Shown in pieces: positions 46,847 to 54,774 of a stretch of DNA of 64,000 nucleotides; within the stretch, counting starts at the first letter, position 1, and every line of letters starts with the position of its first letter. Position numbers and translations under genes: made by a program. The DNA is from an uncultured Pseudomonadales bacterium (GTDB taxonomy: Bacteria; Patescibacteriota; Microgenomatia; UBA1400; PJMF01). The notes beneath the pieces were generated by a model that did no database searches, had not been told where the DNA came from, and was given only the letters and a program-made list of their open reading frames with translations. The DNA lies in assembly GCA_964533345.1 (NCBI GenBank), contig CAZHLX010000001.1, positions 1,292 through 65,291 of the forward strand. The letters run 5' to 3'.

Positions 46847-48043
46847 ATGAGTGTCAATCATATTTTCGCTAAAAAAAGCCTGGTTGTTAAACAAATTATT
46901 AAAGTTGTGTTTGTTTTGGGTTTTGTAGGGTTGGTTCTTTCAGTTGGTAGCCTGGAAGCGGGCTATGAAGTAGTTAAGACAGTTTGGTTAAAGTGGTGGA
47001 TGAAGATCCTGGTGGTGGGTTTATGGTGGTTAGCTCTGACTGATCCTCAACAATTAAACATTAAATTTTTTAGTAAAAAAATAAATATTTTATTAGGGTT
47101 ACTATTAATAGTCGTTTTATTGTCATCAGCTTTGGGAGTTAATTGGCAGCAGAGCCTGTGGGGGAACTACTATCGTGGTGATGGGTTGATTACTTGGGCT
47201 CATCTATTAGTGTCTGGTTTATTAGTGAGTTGGTTATTCATCCAAAAAGAATTGAGGAGGTTGTTGCCCCTGGCAGTCGGATTGGCCACATTACTATTAA
47301 TAGGAGGGTTGTTCTTTCAGTTGCCGGTAGATTGGTTGGCAATTGGTTTTGGGAACAGCAATATTGATGCGGGGCTATTAGTGGTAGGTGTTCCTCTTAT
47401 TATGTTTTGGTTGAGAAAGTTTCATTGGAGCCTAAGAGGGATGTTGTTTTTAGCTACCTTGGCTGTTGTTATTCATCTTCAAGCCTGGGGTGGAGTCATT
47501 GGTTTGGGTTTATTTCTGGTCATGAGTTGGTGGTTAAGAGAGAAAAGTCGTCGTCAGTGGGTAGTTGTTTTTCCTCTAGTGGCACTGATTGTGGGAGTAA
47601 TTGGAGTTCTCATATGGAAGCCAATGGATAATAGTAACTTTACCGAATCTAGGTCAAGGTTAATTCATAAGTTGGTTAGAGCAGTGGGTCAGAGGCCTTT
47701 ATTTGGTTGGGGGTGGGCGAATGTGGATGTAGCTTTTGAAAGTATTGATTGGCCTGTATCAGTGGATAATGACATTTATGTAGACAAAGCTCACTCAGAA
47801 TTGCTGGAAATAGCTGTTGTAAGCGGAATTGTGGGATTAACAATTTATTTATTGTTTTTAGGATTGATTTATTTTGAAGTCATTAACTCTAAAAGATTAG
47901 ATGAGAAGTGGGGGAGGACTTTGTTTTTGGTTTGTTTGTTATATTTCTTTCACAGTCAAACCAATGTGGTCTCTATAGTTGAAAGTTTGTTGTTTTGGAT
48001 GAGCTTAGGATTACTCCTGAGATTTGGAGAACTCAAAGGTTGA
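46847..48043 (+). CDS. O-antigen ligase-like (Wzy_C family) polytopic membrane protein
   Basis: About 10 TM helices. A large late loop is followed by DKAHSELLEIAVVSGIVGLTIYL, which resembles the Wzy_C (WaaL/PglL/PilO) signature H-[SN]-x2-L-x5-G-x2-G. Confidence 0.55.
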   Translation: MSVNHIFAKKSLVVKQIIKVVFVLGFVGLVLSVGSLEAGYEVVKTVWLKWWMKILVVGLWWLALTDPQQLNIKFFSKKINILLGLLLIVVLLSSALGVNWQQSLWGNYYRGDGLITWAHLLVSGLLVSWLFIQKELRRLLPLAVGLATLLLIGGLFFQLPVDWLAIGFGNSNIDAGLLVVGVPLIMFWLRKFHWSLRGMLFLATLAVVIHLQAWGGVIGLGLFLVMSWWLREKSRRQWVVVFPLVALIVGVIGVLIWKPMDNSNFTESRSRLIHKLVRAVGQRPLFGWGWANVDVAFESIDWPVSVDNDIYVDKAHSELLEIAVVSGIVGLTIYLLFLGLIYFEVINSKRLDEKWGRTLFLVCLLYFFHSQTNVVSIVESLLFWMSLGLLLRFGELKG

Positions 48044-48700
48044 TAAAACTTCTTCAAAAGTGAATTTGTCTGAATAGAGTCCTGGGTTCTTACCTATAAC
48101 TAAGATGTAGTTGGGGTTTGGTAGTTGGTAATAATAACGTTCAATCCCATCCCATGAGTAATGACTGAGTTTAATTAGTTCTTTGTCGGCGATAGTAACT
48201 TTTTCTTCTATGCCATCGTCGATAAAAACATCCTCAAAGTTTTCATAATTCTCCTCCATATATAAGATGTAATCTTTTTCTTGGAGATGAAGAGCCTCTT
48301 TTTCATTCTCAAGATAAGTTTCAAAGGGAAGGTCGGTTTTAATCAAGTAGATTGCCATTCCTGCGAAAGGTTGGTCAAGAATATCGTAGTTGATGGTATC
48401 AGTATCGACTATAATTTTTTCAAAATAGATCTCTTCGCTGGCAGCTCCACCCATTGTGCAGCAGGTGTCACTCAATGAGGCGGGGTAACTAAATGAAAAT
48501 CCTACCTCATCGTCTCTGTAAGTTATCCAGTCGTCATCTTGATTCTCTTCAGTTTCTGCTTGTTGATCTTCTTCAATGGTAGCTAATTTTTCTTTCTCAA
48601 TGTTTTTTGAGGTTAGTACTCTTGCTACACCAAAAAGCAACATGAAGACTAAACCAAGGATAACCAGTTTAAATTGAGGGGGGATTTTAATATTTTTCAT
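48011..48700 (-). CDS. Hypothetical N-terminally anchored acidic protein
   Basis: Single TM (FKLVILGLVFMLLFGVARVL), then an acidic soluble domain. The 3' end overlaps the convergent Wzy_C-like ORF by 33 nt. Confidence 0.45.
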   Translation of the reverse strand: MKNIKIPPQFKLVILGLVFMLLFGVARVLTSKNIEKEKLATIEEDQQAETEENQDDDWITYRDDEVGFSFSYPASLSDTCCTMGGAASEEIYFEKIIVDTDTINYDILDQPFAGMAIYLIKTDLPFETYLENEKEALHLQEKDYILYMEENYENFEDVFIDDGIEEKVTIADKELIKLSHYSWDGIERYYYQLPNPNYILVIGKNPGLYSDKFTFEEVLSTFEFSKSQE

Positions 48701-48818
48701 TGACGGTCAGTATAGCATCCTTTAGGTCTGTTTCTGGCTGGTTTGATTGACAATTTATGCTGATCATCGTACCATCCTTGTTATCTGCCCCATCAAGTAC
48801 AACAAGGAGCCAGATTAT

Positions 48819-49709
48819 ATGACCAATAATAAAAAGGTTCGTAAGGCCATTATTACTGATGCTGGTTTTGCCAGTCGTTATTTGCCCATTACTAAGACTA
48901 TGCCCAAGGCGATGCTTCCTTTAGGGAATCGTCCCATCATGCAGTTTATGGTAGAGGAATGTGCTGAGGCTGGAATTGAAGAGATTATTATAGTTGCTAC
49001 CCCAGAAGGGAAGCCTATCTATGAGGATTATTTCAATAACAACGTTAATCGAATTCGTAAGCAGCTAGCTGCTCAAGGTAAAGAAGATCGTTATGAGCCA
49101 GTACAGCATGTGTTGGATTTCCCCAAGATTGTGGTAATTATTCAAGACCCAAGCTTGCCTTATGGCAATGGGTCTCCAGTCGCTTCAGCTCAGAAGTATG
49201 TCGAGGAGGAAGAGGCTTTCTTGGTGCTTTATAGTGATGATGTGGTCTTTGGTGATCAAGGTGATGCTAAGACTTTAGTGGATCGTTATGAGAATAACCC
49301 TGAAGCTGATGCCATCATCATGGCTCAAGAGATCGATCCTGGGGTAGTGGATAAGTACGGCATTATTTCTTTTAAAGATGGTAGTCAGGATGAGCTAGAT
49401 AATATTATCGAAAAACCAGAGGTTGGTGAGGCTCCTTCAAACCTGGCTTCTTATGGTCGTTACCTGCTTAAACCATCAATATTTGATTATTTGATTCCCA
49501 CTAACACTGGCAAAGACAATGAGCTTTGGACAGTTGATGCTATTACGCATGTGGCTAATGAAAAGAAGGTTTTAGTGGAGAAAACTAAAGGTGAGTGGCT
49601 AACTACGGGTGATCCAGAAAATTATTTCCGTGCTCATCTTGGGTTTGTGATGAAATATGAGTCATATGGCGATAAAATCGAAAACTGGGTAGAGAAGTTT
49701 AAGAAATAA
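48819..49709 (+). CDS. UTP--glucose-1-phosphate uridylyltransferase-like nucleotidyltransferase (divergent NTP-binding loop)
   Basis: KAIITDAGFASRYLPITKTMPKAMLPLGNRPIMQFMVEE is collinear with the GalU N-terminus (consensus AAGLGTRFLPATK..PKEMLP). The start is set at MTNNKK. Confidence 0.65.
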   Translation: MTNNKKVRKAIITDAGFASRYLPITKTMPKAMLPLGNRPIMQFMVEECAEAGIEEIIIVATPEGKPIYEDYFNNNVNRIRKQLAAQGKEDRYEPVQHVLDFPKIVVIIQDPSLPYGNGSPVASAQKYVEEEEAFLVLYSDDVVFGDQGDAKTLVDRYENNPEADAIIMAQEIDPGVVDKYGIISFKDGSQDELDNIIEKPEVGEAPSNLASYGRYLLKPSIFDYLIPTNTGKDNELWTVDAITHVANEKKVLVEKTKGEWLTTGDPENYFRAHLGFVMKYESYGDKIENWVEKFKK

Positions 49710-50021
49710 GATCCCTTTATTTAAGTATTTGAGTACTATTTTTCCTCGAGTTGGGGCTTGCGCTGGTTTTAATTGTGTGAGTATAGTGAGATTGAACTTT
49801 AACAGTCTCGTGTGAGGGGAGCAATGATTTTCCTCAACAGCTCTTATCAGGGTTATGAATGTATGAGTGCTTCGTGGAGTATTTATCTTTCTACCCACCT
49901 GGATTTTCCGGGGGAATGAGCTGCCCCTCACGCCGGGCGGTTAAAGACTTAATCGAGCTTACTATTCATTTCTTTTCCTTGATATAATGTTGATGTACAA
50001 TAGGCCTTCTGTTTTAAAATC

Positions 50022-50093
50022 GCCTTCTTAGCTCAGTGGTAGAGCGCTTTCTTGGTAAGAAAGAGGTCCCGAGTTCAATCCTCGGAGAAGGCT
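50022..50093 (+). tRNA. tRNA-Thr (anticodon GGU)
   Basis: GCCTTCTTAGCTCAGTGGTAGAGCGCTTTCTTGGTAAGAAAGAGGTCCCGAGTTCAATCCTCGGAGAAGGCT. Anticodon loop is UUGGUAA. Confidence 0.9.
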
Positions 50094-50110
50094 CAGTACT
50101 TTATATTTTA

Positions 50111-50196
50111 GCCAGGGTACCGAAGTGGCCAAACGGGGCAGTCTGTAAAACTGCTGGCTTACGCCTTCATAGGTTCGAATCCTATCCCTGGCACCA
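50111..50196 (+). tRNA. tRNA-Tyr (anticodon GUA), class II long variable arm, CCA encoded
   Basis: GCCAGGGTACCGAAGTGGCCAAACGGGGCAGTCTGTAAAACTGCTGGCTTACGCCTTCATAGGTTCGAATCCTATCCCTGGCACCA. Anticodon loop is CUGUAAA. Confidence 0.9.
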
Positions 50197-50208
50197 GGCT
50201 CAAATCGC

Positions 50209-50282
50209 GCCTTCTTAGCTCAGCTGGCTAGAGCGACGGTTTTGTAAACCGTAGGTCCGGGGTTCGAGTCCCCGAGAAGGCT
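50209..50282 (+). tRNA. tRNA-Thr (anticodon UGU)
   Basis: GCCTTCTTAGCTCAGCTGGCTAGAGCGACGGTTTTGTAAACCGTAGGTCCGGGGTTCGAGTCCCCGAGAAGGCT. Anticodon loop is UUUGUAA. The acceptor stem is the same as in the GGU isoacceptor. Confidence 0.9.
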
Positions 50283-50283
50283 C

Positions 50284-50859
50284 ATGGTAATTCTAGCTTC
50301 ACAATCACCACAGCGTCGTAACTTGATGAAATCTCTTGAGATTGATTTTGAGGTAGTACCGGCTGATATTGATGAGCAGGCGATTATAGAAGCTGATTCT
50401 CACAAGAGAGCTTGGCTGGTGGCTGAGGCTAAGGCTAGGGAGGTTCAAAAAGCTCATCCCCAGGACATTATCATTGCAGCTGATACTTATGTGGTTCTAG
50501 ATGGGGAAGTGCTGGAGAAGCCTGTTGATCTTGATGAGGCTAAAGAAATGTTGCGCAAACAATCGGGGAGAGTAGCCGTTGAGTTGACTGGTTTTTGTTA
50601 CTTGGATCCCAAAAATGAAATAGAGTTCACCACTACTGCTGTTGCAGAGATAGAGTTTCGTCAACTTTCAGAGGCAGAGATAGAGCACTATGTTACTACT
50701 CAGCCGGTCTTGACTTGGTCAGCAGCTTTTTGCCCAGCCTATGACTCTGGAGCAACTTTGATTAAAAGTATCAATGGCTCATTTACTGGCTTTACTCATG
50801 GTTTGCCGCTAGAGGAGTTAATTCCCTTGCTGCAGCAATCCGAGGTGATAAAAATTTGA
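50284..50859 (+). CDS. maf: Maf-family nucleoside triphosphate pyrophosphatase
   Basis: ILASQSPQRRNLMKSL, IIIAADTYVVLDGEVLEKP, AVELTGF. Confidence 0.8.
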   Translation: MVILASQSPQRRNLMKSLEIDFEVVPADIDEQAIIEADSHKRAWLVAEAKAREVQKAHPQDIIIAADTYVVLDGEVLEKPVDLDEAKEMLRKQSGRVAVELTGFCYLDPKNEIEFTTTAVAEIEFRQLSEAEIEHYVTTQPVLTWSAAFCPAYDSGATLIKSINGSFTGFTHGLPLEELIPLLQQSEVIKI

Positions 50860-50898
50860 TTTTGCGAGTAAGAATAACTTGATGTATACTACGCACCT

Positions 50899-51102
50899 AT
50901 GGCAAAAAAGAAAAAAGGCCCCAGACAACCAGTTGGACTCAAATGTAGTGTTTGTAGTTCATTTAACTATGTGACTGAGTTCAGTAAAGTTAATGAACAG
51001 CTTAAAGAACAAACTAAAAACGAGAAGACTTTCCCAATTAACAAATATTGTAATGTGTGTCGTAAGCACACTTCTCACAAAACTGTAAAGAAACTTAAGT
51101 AA
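50899..51102 (+). CDS. rpmG: Ribosomal protein L33 (zinc-ribbon type)
   Basis: 67 aa. The pattern LKCSVCSSFNY...KYCNVCRKHTSHK matches the L33 CxxC...CxxC pattern and the C-terminal ..H.E.K context. Confidence 0.75.
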   Translation: MAKKKKGPRQPVGLKCSVCSSFNYVTEFSKVNEQLKEQTKNEKTFPINKYCNVCRKHTSHKTVKKLK

Positions 51103-51105
51103 AGT

Positions 51106-52425
51106 TTATTTAGCTACTTTTTTATAAGCAGCGATGATCTTTTTGGCGCCCTCTGTAAAGAGTTTGTCCATTGTTACAGCGTTGTGCATTGCGTGTTCTA
51201 CCCAAGATTTTGATTTACCTTGAGCTTGAGTCAATGCTTCTAGTTGGGGCACGATATGATCAACCTCTGCTGGGCGAGCAATCTCTAGTTGCTCAAATAT
51301 TTCACGGATGTTGTGTTCCCATTCGCCCCATTCGTTGAGGGTAAGTAGGAAGCTGCCACTGGATGCAGCATCATAGGCCATGTCTCCAGAGGGTTTGCTA
51401 ATAAATCCATCTGCCCAGGGGAAGCCATATTTAATCAGGATCTCGTTCGCATCAACAATCTGAGGGTGATAGATTACTCTTAGTTTTGCATCTTTATCGG
51501 TGACTTCTGCTGCATAGACATGGGCTTCTGCTGCCATTTCTAGGACCATTTCGTAGATGTCTTTGTGGGTTCCAGCGTAGACTAATAACTCATAGGGATG
51601 GGGGCGTTTGCGTAGTTCTGGAAGGAGTTGGGTTAAGAGTTTCTTAATTTCTTTTTTATTAGTCCCTAGGCCTCCGGTAGTGATAGCTATTTTTAGGGGG
51701 CCGTTGCGCCATGGTTTTTTCCTATTTTTACCAGCAATCACTCGTGGATCGACTGGGGGGCCGGTGACAATGACTCGGTTGGGATCGACTTTTTTACCTA
51801 GTATTTTTCCTTTTTCTAATACTTCTGTCTTGGTGTTGTCATCAAAGACAAGAAGATAGAAGTTATCTTTGTCGGCATTGTTGAGGTATTCATCTCTAAC
51901 ATGGGGGTCAGTAATCATCTGCACGATGGTGCGGCCTTGTTCAGCTAGGATGTTTCCTGAGGCGATGTGGAAGGAAAGGATGGGTTTTTTGACGTCTCCG
52001 GTTAGATGTATGAGTGGGGGGGTGATGCTGCCTAGAATGGGTAGCTTGCTTCGGCCAAATTTATCTACAAAATCTTTAAGTCTTTTTAGCAGGGGTTGTC
52101 TGGCTAGGACCTTACCAATATCTTCGGTCAGTTCAATGCTGCCCCAGTTTTTATGTGAAACGTAGTTGGTGGGGTCGACGACCCAAGCTTTCTTTGGGTT
52201 AACGGTTTTGCCCCAAGCTTGAGCGGCGATACCAGCGGCCATTGAGTAATGGGCTCTGGAGAAGACTATGTCGGTAATGGTTTCGTCTTCGGGATAGCCA
52301 AACATACCTTTGACGTCTTCACGATATGAAGCGGAGACGGTGACGATGGGGACATCGGTTTTTTCTAGGTTGGCCTTATCTTGAGTAAGGGCCTTTTCTA
52401 GGATTGGGTCGAGTAATTGGGACAT
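51106..52425 (-). CDS. GT-B glycosyltransferase, MGDG-synthase/UgtP (GT28)-like
   Basis: VIVTGPPVDPR, KIAITTGGLGTNK and FISKPSGDMAYDAASSG are collinear with the UgtP/MGDG synthase blocks (ITGIPI.., ..GA.G, ITKPGGITLTEA). Assignment is from motif resemblance only. Confidence 0.45.
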   Translation of the reverse strand: MSQLLDPILEKALTQDKANLEKTDVPIVTVSASYREDVKGMFGYPEDETITDIVFSRAHYSMAAGIAAQAWGKTVNPKKAWVVDPTNYVSHKNWGSIELTEDIGKVLARQPLLKRLKDFVDKFGRSKLPILGSITPPLIHLTGDVKKPILSFHIASGNILAEQGRTIVQMITDPHVRDEYLNNADKDNFYLLVFDDNTKTEVLEKGKILGKKVDPNRVIVTGPPVDPRVIAGKNRKKPWRNGPLKIAITTGGLGTNKKEIKKLLTQLLPELRKRPHPYELLVYAGTHKDIYEMVLEMAAEAHVYAAEVTDKDAKLRVIYHPQIVDANEILIKYGFPWADGFISKPSGDMAYDAASSGSFLLTLNEWGEWEHNIREIFEQLEIARPAEVDHIVPQLEALTQAQGKSKSWVEHAMHNAVTMDKLFTEGAKKIIAAYKKVAK

Positions 52426-52497
52426 AAGTATTAATACTAGTAGAGAAAGATTGGAAGATAAAGTAGTAATGGCGATGTTATAATTAGGTTTCTACCA

Positions 52498-52569
52498 AGG
52501 CTCATGATGTAATTGGTAGCATGAGGGTCTCCAAAACCCTTCGTCTAGGTTCAAGTCCTAGTGGGCCTG
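52498..52569 (+). tRNA. tRNA-Trp (anticodon CCA)
   Basis: AGGCTCATGATGTAATTGGTAGCATGAGGGTCTCCAAAACCCTTCGTCTAGGTTCAAGTCCTAGTGGGCCTG. Anticodon loop is CUCCAAA. Confidence 0.85.
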
Positions 52570-52580
52570 CAGCAGAAATA

Positions 52581-52604
52581 AAAGACCTTTAAATAGGTCT
52601 TTTT
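52581..52604. terminator. Bidirectional hairpin terminator between tRNA-Trp (+) and the convergent membrane ORF (-)
   Basis: aaAGACCTttaaatAGGTCTtttt, with A-run and T-run flanks. Confidence 0.5.
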
Positions 52605-52611
52605 CAATAAC

Positions 52612-53304
52612 TTATCTTTTTTTCTTCACTAATCTAATCCCATAGGCGAATTCATAGAGAGCTGAAGCACCTATCCCCACGGTGAAGAACCAAACAAATT
52701 CTTCAATAGGAATGCCCATAAACATAATCCCTGAGAGATTATCAAGATACCATTGGCTGCTGATCCAATCGGGATCAATAGCTAATCCTATTAAATAAGC
52801 AGGTAGAGAAATAAGAGTCAGAATTACTCCTGTGATAAGCATTGAAGATACTAGATCATGTCTTTTAATTGTGATGAAAACAAACATGACTAAAGCAGCA
52901 ATGATGTTGGTAATAAATGAGGCGATGCTGAATATAAAGAAGAGTCCAAATAAGCAGAAGACGGCAATGATGAATGAGATCAAGAAATAAGCTGTTTTTA
53001 TCTGGAGTTTTTTCAGTTTTCTGAGCTTTTTCACAAAGATCACATCGTAGATAACTGCGGATATTCCCACTACAGAGAATCCAAAGATTACATCTTCTAA
53101 ATGAATGAATGAGGTGTGGATAAATTGAGGGTTCCACCAGTCAACTAGATGCATCTCCTGAGCTATCGGTCCAAGTATTACTCCAAATATGCTCAAAATC
53201 CATTGCTCTTTACGATCATTTTTATTAAACAAGAATAAAATAAACCAAATTAACAAAAAGTAAAGGCTGCCGATGAAGTATGGTAGAAGATAATTATCAC
53301 TCAC
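52612..53304 (-). CDS. Polytopic membrane protein, possibly lycopene-cyclase-domain-like
   Basis: About 7 TM helices. The GIPIEEFVWFF motif resembles the PxEE motif of the CrtYc/d lycopene cyclase domain. This support is weak. Confidence 0.3.
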   Translation of the reverse strand: MSDNYLLPYFIGSLYFLLIWFILFLFNKNDRKEQWILSIFGVILGPIAQEMHLVDWWNPQFIHTSFIHLEDVIFGFSVVGISAVIYDVIFVKKLRKLKKLQIKTAYFLISFIIAVFCLFGLFFIFSIASFITNIIAALVMFVFITIKRHDLVSSMLITGVILTLISLPAYLIGLAIDPDWISSQWYLDNLSGIMFMGIPIEEFVWFFTVGIGASALYEFAYGIRLVKKKR

Positions 53305-53391
53305 ACTCTAATGATAGCTAAGTTTAATTTTTAAGTCATGATTTAAAATAGGTTTCAATACAATCCATCACTATTTAAATATCCCATAACT

Positions 53392-53420
53392 TTGACTTAA
53401 ATGATGCTTTTTGAGATAAT
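53392..53420 (+). promoter_or_regulatory. Sigma-70-like promoter upstream of tatA
   Basis: TTGACT (53392-53397), 17 nt, GATAAT (53415-53420). Confidence 0.45.
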
Positions 53421-53532
53421 AAGAGTCTCTTAATCAATTGATTTCTTGGCACAAACGCTAAGTAGGAGGTTGGTTAAGAGTTAACATATACATCAATAAG
53501 AGACGATAAATGATTTGAAAGGAGAGATAGTT

Positions 53533-53688
53533 ATGCTTAGACTTGGAACTACCGAACTCGTCATCATCTTAGTGATAGTGATCTTACTTTTTGGCGTTGG
53601 TCGAATTGGCAAGATTGCTAAAGAGCTGGGAGCTGGAATACGAAGCTTTCGTGATGCAGTCAAAGATGATGAAAAAGAAGATGAATAA
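53533..53688 (+). CDS. tatA: Twin-arginine translocase subunit TatA/E (51 aa, below the ORF-track size cutoff)
   Basis: Hand translation gives MLRLGTTELVIILVIVILLFGVGRIGKIAKELGAGIRSFRDAVKDDEKEDE. This shows the TatA pattern: a TM helix, the F-G hinge, an amphipathic helix and an acidic tail. The SD aaaggagag lies 6 nt upstream. Confidence 0.8.
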   Translation: MLRLGTTELVIILVIVILLFGVGRIGKIAKELGAGIRSFRDAVKDDEKEDE

Positions 53689-53703
53689 GGTGTATAGCCT
53701 GCA

Positions 53704-53728
53704 AGCCCTGGGGAGACCCAGGGCTTTT
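53704..53728 (+). terminator. Rho-independent terminator after tatA
   Basis: AGCCCTGGGgagaCCCAGGGCTttt: a 9-bp stem with a GAGA tetraloop. Confidence 0.6.
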
Positions 53729-53787
53729 GCTATGTAAGTTATAAAATTTTTAAGATAAGTATTGTTAACTCATGATATATTTTATGT

Positions 53788-54336
53788 ATGTCCAAAGAAG
53801 GTGACCTCTCCCCAGAACAAATAGCAGCAGCGAAGGATATCATCTCAGCTGAGCTGACAATGTTGCCTTATGATGCTTTACTTGCACTGTTTCAGCAGAG
53901 TTCAGATTTTATTATCGATGGAGAAGATCCTCTGACAGAAGTTGATTTTATAAATCAGATTATGATTTTCGGAGAGCAACAAGTAGGTGAAGTTGATGAT
54001 GAGACAAAGCTGATGATGGGTGTGCTAAGTATGGAGGCAATGTTTGATAACTTAGAATCATTTGGCGACAATCCTGTTCAATTATTAGCCAATTTTATTA
54101 TTGAGAATAAGGTTGGGTTGAGCGAGTTAAAGATTGAAGATAAGCAAGATTTTATTACTGAGAAACTAGCTGAAGGGTGGAAATTCGGGGTGATCACTCA
54201 TTGGTTGATTCATGTGAGGATTCTCAGGACTGCTTTAGATGCACAAAGCTTATCAACTATTCTAAGTGAGTCTGGGTTTGAGTTAGAGATATTTTATCTG
54301 AGAGAAAACAGTGAGATGTTGTTGCTACTTAAGTAA
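53788..54336 (+). CDS. Hypothetical acidic protein (182 aa)
   Basis: Intact ORF bounded by terminator-like hairpins. No recognisable motif. Confidence 0.45.
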   Translation: MSKEGDLSPEQIAAAKDIISAELTMLPYDALLALFQQSSDFIIDGEDPLTEVDFINQIMIFGEQQVGEVDDETKLMMGVLSMEAMFDNLESFGDNPVQLLANFIIENKVGLSELKIEDKQDFITEKLAEGWKFGVITHWLIHVRILRTALDAQSLSTILSESGFELEIFYLRENSEMLLLLK

Positions 54337-54363
54337 GTATTCAAATTTTTGTTGATAAAAAAT

Positions 54364-54389
54364 CCCTCGCCACTTTTACATGACGAGGG
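54364..54389. terminator. Hairpin between convergent ORFs (bidirectional terminator candidate)
   Basis: aaaaaatCCCTCGccacttttacatgaCGAGGGctagtttt. Confidence 0.5.
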
Positions 54390-54401
54390 CTAGTTTTCTC
54401 T

Positions 54402-54692
54402 TTAAAGGTCTTCTAGACCGTTTCTAGAGATATATTTATCAGCTAAGCATCGTCCATCAAATTGAAGAGGACCACTACCTTCTGATAAAAGACATATCAG
54501 CTTTGGGGGCTGATTATATTGGCGCATGTAATATTCAAGAGCTTGGTATCCATCTGGTAGGTTGGCTCCTTCTTTTACTTGAATGAAGACACCTTCCTTA
54601 TCAAAAGGGCTACTCCTTTTTTGAAGATCTCTTTCACTAGTAACAATTACAGCACCTGGACCTAAAACTTTGATCTTTCTCATTTTTTCCAC
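54402..54692 (-). CDS. Hypothetical protein (96 aa)
   Basis: ORF with its own near-consensus promoter and a ~95-nt leader. An SD-like aggtgg lies 7 nt upstream of the ATG. No family recognised. Confidence 0.5.
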   Translation of the reverse strand: MEKMRKIKVLGPGAVIVTSERDLQKRSSPFDKEGVFIQVKEGANLPDGYQALEYYMRQYNQPPKLICLLSEGSGPLQFDGRCLADKYISRNGLEDL

Positions 54693-54774
54693 CTGTTAGT
54701 GAACGTGTTTACTTGCTGGTCCTTAGGGCTCTCGTCAACCCTGGCAAGTATTGATCAGTGACGAGAAGTATCTA

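Noticed and set aside
49662-49931. 89-aa minus-strand ORF in the galU-tRNA spacer
   Set aside because: It overlaps the 3' end of the GalU-like gene, has no SD and has an unremarkable basic composition. The region is better explained as non-coding or structured RNA.
49710-50021. Assigning the structured spacer to SRP RNA, RNase P RNA, tmRNA or 6S RNA
   Set aside because: I could not find the SRP domain IV core (GGAA tetraloop with flanking AGCA), the RNase P P4 motif (GAGGAAAGUCC...ACAGAA.CCGGCUUA) or a tmRNA tRNA-like end. The minus-strand GAGGAAAATCATTGCTCC resembles P4 only superficially and is in the wrong position. The class is left open.
50036-50218. 60-aa ORF spanning the tRNA cluster
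   Set aside because: It is entirely composed of tRNA-Thr/Tyr/Thr gene sequence, so it is an artefact of ORF calling.
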